Position numbers and translations under genes: made by a program. 64,000 nt of DNA, taken from Lama glama. Lineage: Eukaryota. The notes below the pieces were generated by a model. That model did not search any database, was not told where the DNA came from, and saw only the letters and a list, made by a program, of their open reading frames with translations. Shown here one piece after another: positions 1 through 10,700 of this stretch (position 1 is the first letter of the stretch; each line of letters opens with the position of its first letter). The DNA lies in contig CM052816.1 in NCBI GenBank assembly GCA_028534125.1, positions 46,874,001-46,938,000 of the forward strand, written 5' to 3'.

Positions 1-300
1 CTGGCCCCCGCGCCACTCAGCCTTCCGCGCCGGGCGGGTTCACAAACCCACCAGTGCTCGGGAGAGAGGGCTACTGCCCTCGGGAACCGTCCCCTCGCTC
101 ACCTGGCCAAAACCGCAGCGACATTGGCCGGCCTAAGGGAGCGCCTTCGGGGAGAGAAAGAAGGGAGCGGCCTGTTGGGGCAAACGCTGGGCCCCGACGG
201 AAGCGGCTTGAAGCCACCAACTCTCCCTCCTTTCTCTTCACGTGCTGTGGGGCAGCGACTGGGCACTGGGACCATCCTGGTAAAATCTCGAGCCAGGGAA
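1..300. promoter_or_regulatory. Edge of a CpG island extending beyond the window start
   Basis: High GC and CpG density in the first ~300 nt. Confidence 0.55.
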
Positions 301-406
301 TTCACCTGGAGCTCCACATTGGCTTTAAAAATAAACAAGAGGTTGAAATCCCAGCTTCGTGGGAACTAGCCATAGAATAAGGGGAGTCTTTTCAATTTCT
401 TGCCTT

Positions 407-479
407 AAAAAAAAAAAAGACAGAAAAAAAAAAAAGAAAAAAGAAGGAAGAAAAAAAAGAAAAAAAGAAAAGAAAGAAA
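407..479. repeat. A-rich / polypurine low-complexity tract
   Basis: Run of A with interspersed G. Confidence 0.9.
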
Positions 480-1783
480 TCTGGGCCTGGCCACACGCGT
501 GAGCTATCTACCATTTTGTACACACGTCTGTACCCAGAAATGCCGGGTAACCGCGACATCCCCCATCCCCCGACACAGGAAGGAGTCAGTATTTGGATGT
601 GGTTGTCCTCCCTGAAAGCACTGCTTGCCAAGTATTATTCCCCTTCGGAAACTAGCAGTTAGCACATCTTTGGGGTCTGTATTTAAATTCTAGGTATTGA
701 GAATTCTGCGCCCTTCTCTGGCGTCCTGAGGCGCCCTGCCTTCGGCCTCGGTGTGCCGCGTTAGAGATTATTAATCAGAAGCGTTTTTTGTGTGTCTCAA
801 AAGGAGAGGGGTTTGGTTTCTGAATACCAAGAGGGATATTTACAATGGGTACATGGTCTAGGTGACTGAAGATTTTATTACGATTCTGATTGTTTCGTAC
901 GGGGAAATCATTGTTCCAATTTGACGATAGGGAGGGGAACACTGTTGAAACGCTAAATTCGGAAGAGTTATTGAAAGTATGCAAAATGGAACTGGCTATG
1001 TATTTAAATTAATGTTTAAAAACCATATGCTCAGTTCAGATGTGGGGACACCTTTGCAGTCAAATTTTTAAAAGACCCACACTTTATCTACTTTTTTTTT
1101 GGTAAACGTAATCAACTCGTGAAGAAGAAAACTGTAACAAATATCAAAAAGGAAAGAAAAATTCTTACTGAAATTCCAAAATATTTCGGAGCACTGTTCC
1201 CATTCCTGACTGTGGGCCTCGGTCTCGCTGTCTCAGAAGACAAGGCTGGGCAAGTGCCCGAGTCTTCAAGGCAAGCCTTAACATTCTTAAGGTGAGGTGG
1301 CCAACATCTTCTTTAAATGTTCTCTCTTTTGCTGTATTTCACAAAATCGGCTCCTTTAGTTAAATCCTGTATCTGTTACACAATTCTAAATAATTATTTT
1401 TGATTGAGATGGCATATTAATCATTTGGTGACGTGGAAGAGGGGAGAAACACGTGTCTAATTGGAGGTTGTGAAGTTCAGTGAGGTGGTATTTTCAGCTT
1501 GGAAAGTCCAAATTCAGATATTTGGCCATTTCTCCCCCTCCCATCTTTTCCCTACTCCCTCCCCATTTTACTTTCTCTTTCACTCAACCCTTTGGGCTCC
1601 TTTCCCCGATTTTGCCCCTTTCCTTGGCTTCGGTCTCCCTCCCCCTCCCCCCTCCCCTACCACCCACAGCGCCTCTCTTTCCTCTCCATTCTCCTCTTCC
1701 CTTCTTCTCCCCCATCTCTCTGTGTGTCTGTATTTCTGTCTCCCCCTCCCCTATTTATTGTCTGATCCTATCAGCCAAGTTAA

Positions 1784-2300
1784 TATAAAAGTAGCAAGTG
1801 GGAGGCCCAGTTACCTCCCTCCTGCGCGCCCAGGGCACTTTGAGGGAGGTGTCGGCCGCTGACAGGTTACCGGCCAGAGTGTTGGCCCTTGGTGCAGGGC
1901 AAGCCGCCTGCGGGAGAGTAGGGGTCTGAGCGGGTTGCGGGGCTTATTCAAATACCGCCCGCTGCCGCTGTGATTCGCAGGGACTCGGCCTCCATATGGT
2001 AATATGGGGCGGGGTGGGGGGGGGAGGGTGGAGAGGAGGCGCAGAGGGGAAGGGAGGGGAAGATGGGGGTGAGGGCGGGGTGGGAGGGGGCTCCGGCACC
2101 GCGCGCTCGGCTGCGGGGCTGGGACAGAGCACCCGGACCCGCGGTGGCGGCGGCAACGGCGCTACCCACCCTCCATCACAACATCCACCGAACCAGCGAG
2201 CCACCGAGCCACCGGCCCCCGGGGTAAGCCATAGCGCGCAAACGGCAGTGACGGTGACGGTTCAGAGGCTTCAGATTACTACCATGCGCCAATAAGGGAG
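1784..2300 (+). promoter_or_regulatory. Distal CpG-island promoter and candidate alternative first exon of the host lncRNA
   Basis: TATAAAAG at 1784-1791, CpG/GC-rich 1810-2300 with GC-box-like GGGGCGGGG, and a donor GGG|GTAAGC at 2224. Confidence 0.6.
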
Positions 2301-4099
2301 ATTAGAAACAGAAAAGGAGATTACAGAGAGATCAGAGATAAGAGGTGTACCTCTCTGTGTCCCTTGTCACACAGCGCGCGCACGCGCGCGCACACACACA
2401 TGCGTCTGTACACACATGCATGCCCAGACATCCCTACATGCACACATTCCTTACTACTACCCTCTAAATATATGCACCGACACTGTATGCCTTGCGTCGT
2501 GGCCGGTGTGTTTATCCTTACCCCTGCATAAAGGCGGGCAGGTATGTGCCTGAGTCCAGGCAGGAACAAACAGTCATGCACGATTGAATTGCAGCCAAAC
2601 TCGGAGACATTTAACCTGCCGAATTGTTTCACTCAGCCGGGTGCCCCGCAGAAACCGGCAGTTCTGCAAGTCGTTGTGAAATCTGCAACTATTCATAAAA
2701 TGTGCTGAAAATGTACTTTAGGAAATGTAATCTTGCTATATATGGCAAGGTAAGGGCAAATCTAAAGGATAAGTGTATTTCCGTTTTTTAATGTTTTACA
2801 TGTTGGCATCTGACCACTTTTTATTGGGTGACATATCATATGAGCACTTTGGTGTAAGCTTGGAAAACCTACAGCCAGAGGAAATGCCATAAGAATTAGG
2901 GGTGCTAAAAATGGATGCTGGATAGTCCAGTATGAAAGATGGCATAGAGCTGTAGGTTTAAAATGGGAGAAAAATACATGTGAATATTTATACATGAAAG
3001 CAACTGGGGAGGGTGAGTCTTGCCCTGAGTATCTGTGCAGGTAAGTCATTCATAAGAAAACTAATTACCTGTGCATGTACTTGGACTTGTTTAATTGAAT
3101 AAGCTGCATGTGTGCCTATATGCTGTTCTTTGTGGCTGTGCTATTATGGATTCAGTCTTCTTAAAATAATAGTTTTGGGGAAATTTTTAAAGTGGACTTT
3201 ATACATATATATTTTCCAGAAGCCATTGTGCTGAATAAATACATTGCCAGGAAGAAAAATCCGACCCTATAAGCAAGATTTCCATTGCTTGAAATCTAAC
3301 TCAAGGCCTGTATATTTTAGGGCAAATCAACTGGCTTAAAATAGTAAACTGTTATGTTTATTTGTTTTCACTCCGAAGTCACGAATTAAGGACACTTTTC
3401 AATCAAGATAACACACCTTGTTTCCAGTCATATTAAGAGAAAAATGAAACTCAGTAAATTTTGAATGAGGCAGATAGGTACAAATACAACATGGTTGAAA
3501 ATGTCTTCCTTGCAGAAAGCTGTCCGTTGCTGTTTCTACAGATTTTTAAATAATTTTTTTTTGCAATAAGAAATGCTAGAAAGCAATAGGGAGGTGAATG
3601 CCACACCTCTCAGTTAATCAGCAGAAAAATTCTTTAGAAATCTTTGGAATCACTTCCCTTTATACATACATGATCTCAAAAGCACCGGCCCGAACTGTGT
3701 TTTGCTAATATGAAGTTAATTAGACAATCAAACTTTGAGCCTTGAGCGATGGGCATTATAGCCGATCAAGGGGTATGTAAGGAGAGAAAAACAAAATGTG
3801 TCTTTTCTTTAATGACCAAACCAGGAGGTTATACAGGGCATTACATATATGACAGATGTGCATATTTGGAGCCTTCGATAAACAGAAGCAGGGAGGCAAC
3901 TGTGTATATTATCGAGCAAGAGACAGCAGCAGACACTTGCCAAAAAATAAAGACAGACAGAAAGGGAGAAGAGAGACAGACATAATAAGATAGCGAGGAA
4001 AAAAAAAAGGTGGAGAGAATCAATAAAACGATAATCCTGAACTTTTCGCGAATTAAAAAATGCAAATATACCTTTACATATGCATCAGTATTAAAAATA

Positions 4100-4800
4100 A
4101 TACACGCTGGAACCAACAGGAGCGGGAGCGGGAGGAGGAGGAGAGGTGGAGGAGGAGGAGAGGTGGAGGAGGAGGAGGAAAGAATGGAGGCGCCGCGGAG
4201 CCCTGATTATGCATGGGCTGGAGCTGCCTCCTCTAACCTGTTCTTCTCCGAGCCGGGCAGCCGGCGGTCCTCAGCCGCCCACAGAACAGGAGCCGAAACA
4301 ACCGTTTCCGAAGGCTACAGCGTTTATTTTTCTCTTTTGGGGGTTTTGGCGGTTGTTTCAGGGGCTTGCCAACTGGCCCCTTTAATTAAAAGCTTCAATA
4401 AAAGGCGATCGCGCCAGGAATGCACAGGCTCCTCTTCGCGCAGGATTTGCATATTTTTTTAATGCCCTAATTTCCTTGATGTATGTAAATGTAGCCGGAC
4501 GTAGAGGGAGACAGGGAGCTGACGTCAATGGACGTGACCTCGCAGCTAAACCTTGAACGTGAAGCCGGGATGGGGGAAAACACGGAGCGGCAGCCGGCGG
4601 AGCCCGCTAGTTCGCGCGGCGGCAACGGCAGTGGCGGATCCCAGGCCCAAGGGGGCCAAGGGAGCCTGTATGTCGACCCCGGGGGAGGACGAATCGCCGC
4701 CTTCTTTCTCCACTGCCCGGCTTCCAGCCTCGACAGCCTTCAGGCCGCACCGCAGGCTCTTGTCCTGCGCCTCCAGCCCCACGAAACACACGTTCCCTTG
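4100..4800. promoter_or_regulatory. CpG island with full CRE and octamer motifs
   Basis: CpG-rich. Palindromic CRE TGACGTCA at 4520-4527; octamers ATGCAAAT (4060-4067) and ATTTGCAT (4445-4452). Confidence 0.7.
4130..4180. repeat. Imperfect (GGA)n repeat
   Basis: GGAGGAGGAG...GGTGGAGGAGGAGGAGGAA. Confidence 0.85.
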
Positions 4801-5172
4801 CTTGCTTCAGAAAAACAACACACCCCAAAACAACAAACCAAAAACAACAGATAACGAACCAAATCAAATCCCCAAATGCTTTAGACCAATGCTCTGATAG
4901 CTTATCAGAAAGAAGACTCTGACAATGGAACTTGATTTTTTTTTTTTTTTGGCTTCTCTCCACAAGAAGAGGAGGGGGAGACCTCAGACCACCGCAAATC
5001 ACTCCTAAAACACGATAAGCTACACGTGTTTCCAGTAGGGAGAGGTAAATCGCCCAGCCGACTGGTGGGGGCTTCTTGTTTCGGTACCTATTTACCTGTG
5101 CACTCATTAAGCGCGTCGGCTTCATTAACAGCTATGCCAAGAGCGTGTGCTTCAATGTGATGGGACTGTCAA

Positions 5173-5190
5173 GTGTGTGTGTGTGTGTGT
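5173..5190. repeat. (GT)9 microsatellite
   Basis: Direct reading. Confidence 0.9.
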
Positions 5191-5419
5191 TGGGAAGGTG
5201 CTTGAGCTAGTGAGCACTGAGGCAGGCGCTGTGAGCGAGACGAGCGAGGGATTAGTGTCTCTACATGGCCACCTCTGGGACTCATGTTCGGGACCATCTA
5301 GGCCACATCTCCTGGACTGGAATTTGAATTTCATCCATTTGAAGGCGGGGAGGGGGTCAGAGAAGGCAGTCTCTGAACTGCCAGGCCCTTTCGATTACAT
5401 TGTCTGGGGTGTTTAAGGT

Positions 5420-6260
5420 GCGAGAGATTCCGTGGCCGCAGGCCTGGGCGCTGTCTTGCCGGATTTACCCTGGTGCACTTTTTCACTTGAAGCTCCGCAG
5501 CCTCGGCCAGGAGGTAGCCGCTCTCGGCTATACGGCAGGGAGGTCTTCAGACTCCCCCCACTGCCGGCCCCGCGCGCCAGCGTGTGCGTGCCCGCGCACT
5601 AGGCGGGGGGCCGCTGGCACCTCCCTGCGCACATCCGCCCCTGCCTCTGCTTGCTACCCTCTCCTGGGCAGCTAAGAAATGGTCTTCGGCCTCTTCTGGG
5701 CCAGGGCGGTGCAGAGACGGGGGCGGAGAGCAGGCTGCGAGCTGGCAAGGAAGGGGCGCAGGAGGCCGCGGTCTCGGCTTCCCAGTCCTACCCTTGGCCA
5801 GCAAGGCTGCGGTTTCGTCGTTCCACCTCGCAGCCTTAGCTTTGTTTTCCTGACATGCTCGTGGCCACTGGGCCCCACGCCGGCGATGGGAGCGTGTGCG
5901 TGTGCGCGGGGGGCGGGCGCGCGCGGCAGGCGGGGGCCCTCCCGCCAAGGACACGCATGACTGTATGTCCTCCGGCTGCACTTGGCGGGAAAGCTGGGGG
6001 CCGCCGCGGGGCTGCGCGCCCGCGGCTCTCATTACCTCCTCCCTGCTCCCCCCGGGCCACATTTACATACGGGCCACTCGTCAGAATTTTTACAACGTCC
6101 CCCCTCCCGCCCCGGCCGCACACGCGCAGGCTCGGAACAGGCGCCCGCGCGCGCAGACACCCGCGCTCAGGCTGCGGCCGGCCGGGAGCGCGAACAGGCC
6201 CTTGGGTGCAAGCCGCCCTCGGCGAGACGGATTCTTGCACCTCCCTCTCTCGCCTACACC
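5420..6260. promoter_or_regulatory. CpG island
   Basis: Very high GC and CpG density with many GCGCGC runs and GC boxes. Confidence 0.85.
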
Positions 6261-6376
6261 CCTGACAGCCTCCCCGATAGTGTTCCAGGAAGCCCACCTT
6301 CCCCTCAAGGCTCCCACCCTTCTCTCCCTGCACACTCCCACCCACACCCTCCCACATGTCTCTGCCTCTTTCCTTG

Positions 6377-6380
<4 letters not shown>

Positions 6381-6440
<60 letters not shown>
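6381..6440. repeat. (AC)30 perfect microsatellite
   Basis: 60 nt of uninterrupted AC. Confidence 0.98.
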
Positions 6441-6443
<3 letters not shown>

Positions 6444-7339
6444 TTTTCTTCCCCCTCAAATAGCTAACCAACCCCTATGGGGCGTCCCTGGTACCTTTTG
6501 AATAGCTCTGGACTTCACAGAATAAAAATCCTTATAATGTATTGCTGTCTTTAGCCAAACACATTTAACGACCACAACAAAAAAAGGGGGAGGAGTGAGG
6601 AAGGGGGACTTGAACCAAAAGACCTTTTTTCTTTTTTTAAGTCTGCAAGTCAAAAGGTCATTCTTCAAGTTTGTAAATAAAATTGCAAAGGAGTCCTTAA
6701 AAAAGAAAGGAGAGGAAAGAAGGAAGAAAGGTAGAAAAGATCCACAAGTTACATTAAATGATGCACTGGAAAAACAAGACAGGGCTATTCTTTTTTTTTT
6801 TTTTAAAGGGGAGGGGGAGGGTAGTCTAAAGAAATCAAGAGGGGGAAAACTGAAGGAAAAAAGAAAAAGAGGGAGAAGAAAATAAAAGGTAGAAAAGGCA
6901 AAAGAAGTTTCCAAAGAAATGTGTGCTTTGCATCCTACAATAGGAAAATGTAGCCATTGCCCTCCTTCAGACGAGACATTTCTAATTTGTTCCGTCTGTC
7001 AGGAGGGGACTATGAGAGGTTTGGGTGCAAATTCATTATCTCTGGCAACGCAGAACGTAGTGTGGGGACTGAAAAAGACCGTGGCAATGGATGAACAATA
7101 GGGCTTCAGTTCATCAGTAACAAAAGCAGTGGGGAAATTGGTTGAGTTTCAGAGCACGTCCTCCTCGGCAGAGGGGGCTGGACTAGACCTTGGACAGCCC
7201 CCCCAAAAACTTGCCGAGCCTCGCACACACCACTTCACTCTCCACTCCGAGGCTCAGGGAGCAAGTGCCTGGCGTGGGGGGGAAAAGTTATCTTTTTTTC
7301 CTCCTTCGTCTTTGGCGCTTTTCTCTCTCTCCCTAGAAG

Positions 7340-7770
7340 AGAAGATCCGTTTAAACTATTTTAGACGCAGTCAAGCAAGAATCACCGTTTGGAATTGAGC
7401 GGCAGTTTTAAATGTGCCAAGGAGAGGGATGATCTGAAATTTTTTTTTCTCTTTTTTTGAGACGCCGAAAGGAGACTGTGTACTGCGGCCGCCCTGTGAC
7501 TCTGGATCTTGTCTTCTGGCCGGCACCTCGATTCCTGTCCAGCTGGATTGCGGGGCAATACTGCCTGTAGCAGAGAGGAGAGCAAGTGAGTATCGTGGCG
7601 GCCCGCAGGCTGCAGCTCGACCGGCGGCGCGGGGCCAGCAGTGCCTGCCGCGGCCCGGCGCCCGCGCTCCTCACCTCGCCAGCAAGCCGTGCCCGCAGAG
7701 CCCCGCTGAGGACCACTCCGAGGGCCAGTCCGGGGCTTTGCTTCAGCTAATTGATTGTGTGTCTCGGATG
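7340..7770 (+). promoter_or_regulatory. Proximal promoter, first exon and CpG island ~6 kb upstream of the hairpin
   Basis: CpG-rich 7460-7770, AT-rich TTTAAA at 7350, and consensus donor GTGAGT at 7586-7591. Confidence 0.65.
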
Positions 7771-10700
7771 CTAAACCTGTTGATCTCGTGAGTTTTCTGA
7801 GCCAGGACGGTTAATTATTCCAGCGGCCTGACCCCCAACTGTAGAAAGATGCCAGGAAATTTTCGCTTTGGAAAGGGGAATTTTGTATATAATTTTGTGT
7901 TGTTGGGAATAGGACTTTTCCCTCTTAAACTGAGAGCAAATGCAATTGTATTTTGCGTTCCCGGAGTCAGGATTCGCATTTTGAATAATTCTTTTAACCA
8001 CCTCAAAGTTGCAATTACCTGTCAATGAAGTGAGGATCTAATTGGATTCTGGTGGCAACTTATGTATAGTAGCTAACTAGATCTGGAGGATTTCCACTTC
8101 CCTTTTCTCCTTCCCTTTTGGATTCTGGGAAACGAGAGGCGGCTTTACAGGGTTATCCCAAGTTCGGATTCGTCAAGATGCAACCATCTCGGTTACTTAT
8201 TGGGACTTGGAGCCATTTCAGCTTCTGACTCTTCTGGTATCCGAGCGGAATCCGGTCTCTCTATTTGCTAGGAGCCCAGACTCAGCTGAGGGAGGCAAGA
8301 CCTTCCTTCCTTGGCCTGGAACTGTCTGAGGGAACCCAGAGCGGTGGGAACCCAGGCAATGTATTTGCATTAGTGTCTTTGGTGTTTTATCTTACAAATG
8401 TACCAGTGGTGTTTGAATGGGGAACTGTCTTGAGGGGTCAGGGCAGCAGTGGGATCGATCAGAAGTTAGTCCGGAGGCTCTGTCAAGTCACGGCCATGGC
8501 CGGGGGCTCTCTGGGAGCTGAGGCTGCCTTGGGCCCAGAACGGCGGGGATCCAGTTTCCTCTCCATCCTAGTGCCTACCTCTGCCGGCCACCCTCCATCC
8601 CCCTCTTTGCACCAGTAATTAGGGTGCTGTCTGGAGAAATGAGCTGTCATAGTCAGCATGACTGAACCAGTGCAGTACTTTCATTTTGCAAAATCAGTAG
8701 CCCCACCCCACCACTCCAAAATAACAATAAACTCTAAGAAAATCATAAAAGAAAAGCAACCTATTTTCGTAAGACTTCTTGACTATTGAGTCGTGGGGGA
8801 TGGGGGAGGGAATAAAAAAAATCCACCACTTTACAGCAATCAGGTTTTACATTATTCATTGATTTACTGGAGGAAATAGCCAATCAGGAGCCATAGATAT
8901 GAATGCACATCTCACAGTGCTGGCCTTACAGTAAACTATTTGCATCTTTCTAATGGATTAGATATTTACCCAGGGATTCCCATTGTTTGAAAGACCTGGA
9001 AATTCAGTGCCTTTAACATTAAGAAAAATATGACTTTGTTTCGGTCTTAAAATTCTTACAGGGAAGAACTCCCCCTCCTCTTTTGTATGGCAGGTTACAG
9101 TGTTCAAATCCCTAATGTTTCTTAAGAGTCCCTCTTTTCTTCTAAGCTAAAAATAAAAGAAGAAAGAAAAAAATTAATTTCCAAACCCCTCCACATTCTG
9201 CATATTTTGCATTCCTATTATCATGCATGTCTCCATTTAAATGCAAATTAGCATATTTAACCCTGTGGGTGCTGAAGCACAGGATACATTGTATTAGGGT
9301 TTTCTGGACACTCTTGGCATTTTAAGGAATCATGGTAATTGCAATCCTTTAAATGAAGCCACATCTAGGCATGATTTTTTATAGACATATTAAAATTGTG
9401 ATCATTTGTTTTCTTGACTGTTTTTCAGATGAGACTACAAAGCAGCATAAAATGAATAGACAATCCAACCAACCAAAGGTAATTTTAAAATTTACATTTG
9501 ATAAAATCAAAGTGATGTACAAGAAAATAGAATATTATTTACTGGGTGGCAGACCTACAGCATATAACATCTCTCCCAGTTCATGCAATAGAAACAATTC
9601 CAGAAAAACCTAAGTTTCCATATGTGCAGTTTCACCCCCATAGGTAGCCTATGTATACTATATATCAAGAAGAATGCAAATATAGCCTGTAACTGCTTAT
9701 AAAAAAGGAATCTGAGGTATAGAAGAAATAACAGGACACTTTTATTAGAAAGTAAGTTAGTCAAGTACCTTGCCTGAACTATTCAAATCGCTATAAATTA
9801 AATGGCTTTTTAATATGGAAAATGGTAGTCTTGACTGTATTAGTGGACTGTGGTTTGCATGCATGAGAATCATACAAACTCAATATTAAAAACGGAATTT
9901 CAGTGATAGGCCAATTTCTTTATATACTCTGCAGTAGTCTGCATAGGATTCAGAGAAGTGTTCTAAATATTAGTGACAACTTGATGTATTTGCATGTATG
10001 GAATAGCATAATTCTGATCTAAATTGTGAAAAAATCATAACTTTTCACTTTTAACTTAAGCAGAGATTGTTTATTCCCAAGAAAACCAGGATGTTTCAAA
10101 TCATGTTTTAGCCATTTGGAGACCTATAAAAAGATTAGAAAACAAGCATGACAATCACGTCCTAATCTACTGGCCATTAATGGGAATTTATTAGAGAATG
10201 TGTAGGCTAGCCATATGAATTCAGTATATCTGTCAATATGCAGATTTCAGAAAGGGTATTCTGTAGCTCAGCTAAATAGCTTTTTGTAAAGCAAAAATAA
10301 CTGAAATAAAAACATCTAGGTGTTAGTAGTTGCTCATAACAGTGTATGGCAGACATGGCTAGGAATCTTCAGAGCAGCACAATTGTTTCAATTTGTCTCA
10401 TATCCTAGATAATAATATAGTCCTTGAAATGTATATGATAAAACCTTGGCAGTATTCAGAATACCAAGGTGCTCAGTGTTAAGCTTTGCTATGTATCTTT
10501 TATTTCTTCACACCCTGAAAGCTGATGGAGAGGTAAAATATTTAGTTGGTTATCTACGGTTAATGAACAGACTGCCCATAATCGTTATGTTGGCTAAATC
10601 CACTTTTTGGTGCTCTCATAATGAATCTACAGTGTATGTGACAGGCAAGAGGCTAGTCCCGGAGTCAGACTGTGTGGCATTGCCAGAGAAGATGCTATTT

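Noticed and set aside
4010..5125. ORFs of 108-172 aa
   Set aside because: Mostly non-ATG starts, driven by GGA repeats and GC content, with no recognisable protein.
494..6126. HES1 class C sites CACGCG (494, 2381, 6121) and CACGTG E-boxes (1450, 5023)
   Set aside because: Consistent with the known HES1/miR-9 loop, but 6-mers like these are expected in CpG-rich DNA.
5400..6501. Overlapping long ORFs (up to 211 aa) on both strands
   Set aside because: These reflect stop-codon scarcity in a CpG island plus read-through of the (AC)30 repeat. The products are low-complexity with no recognisable domain.
9262..9276. REST/RE1-like sequence GGTGCTGAA (also half-sites at 19026 and 2122)
   Set aside because: Only half-sites; the partner half is missing or wrongly spaced. 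No canonical RE1 was found by eye.
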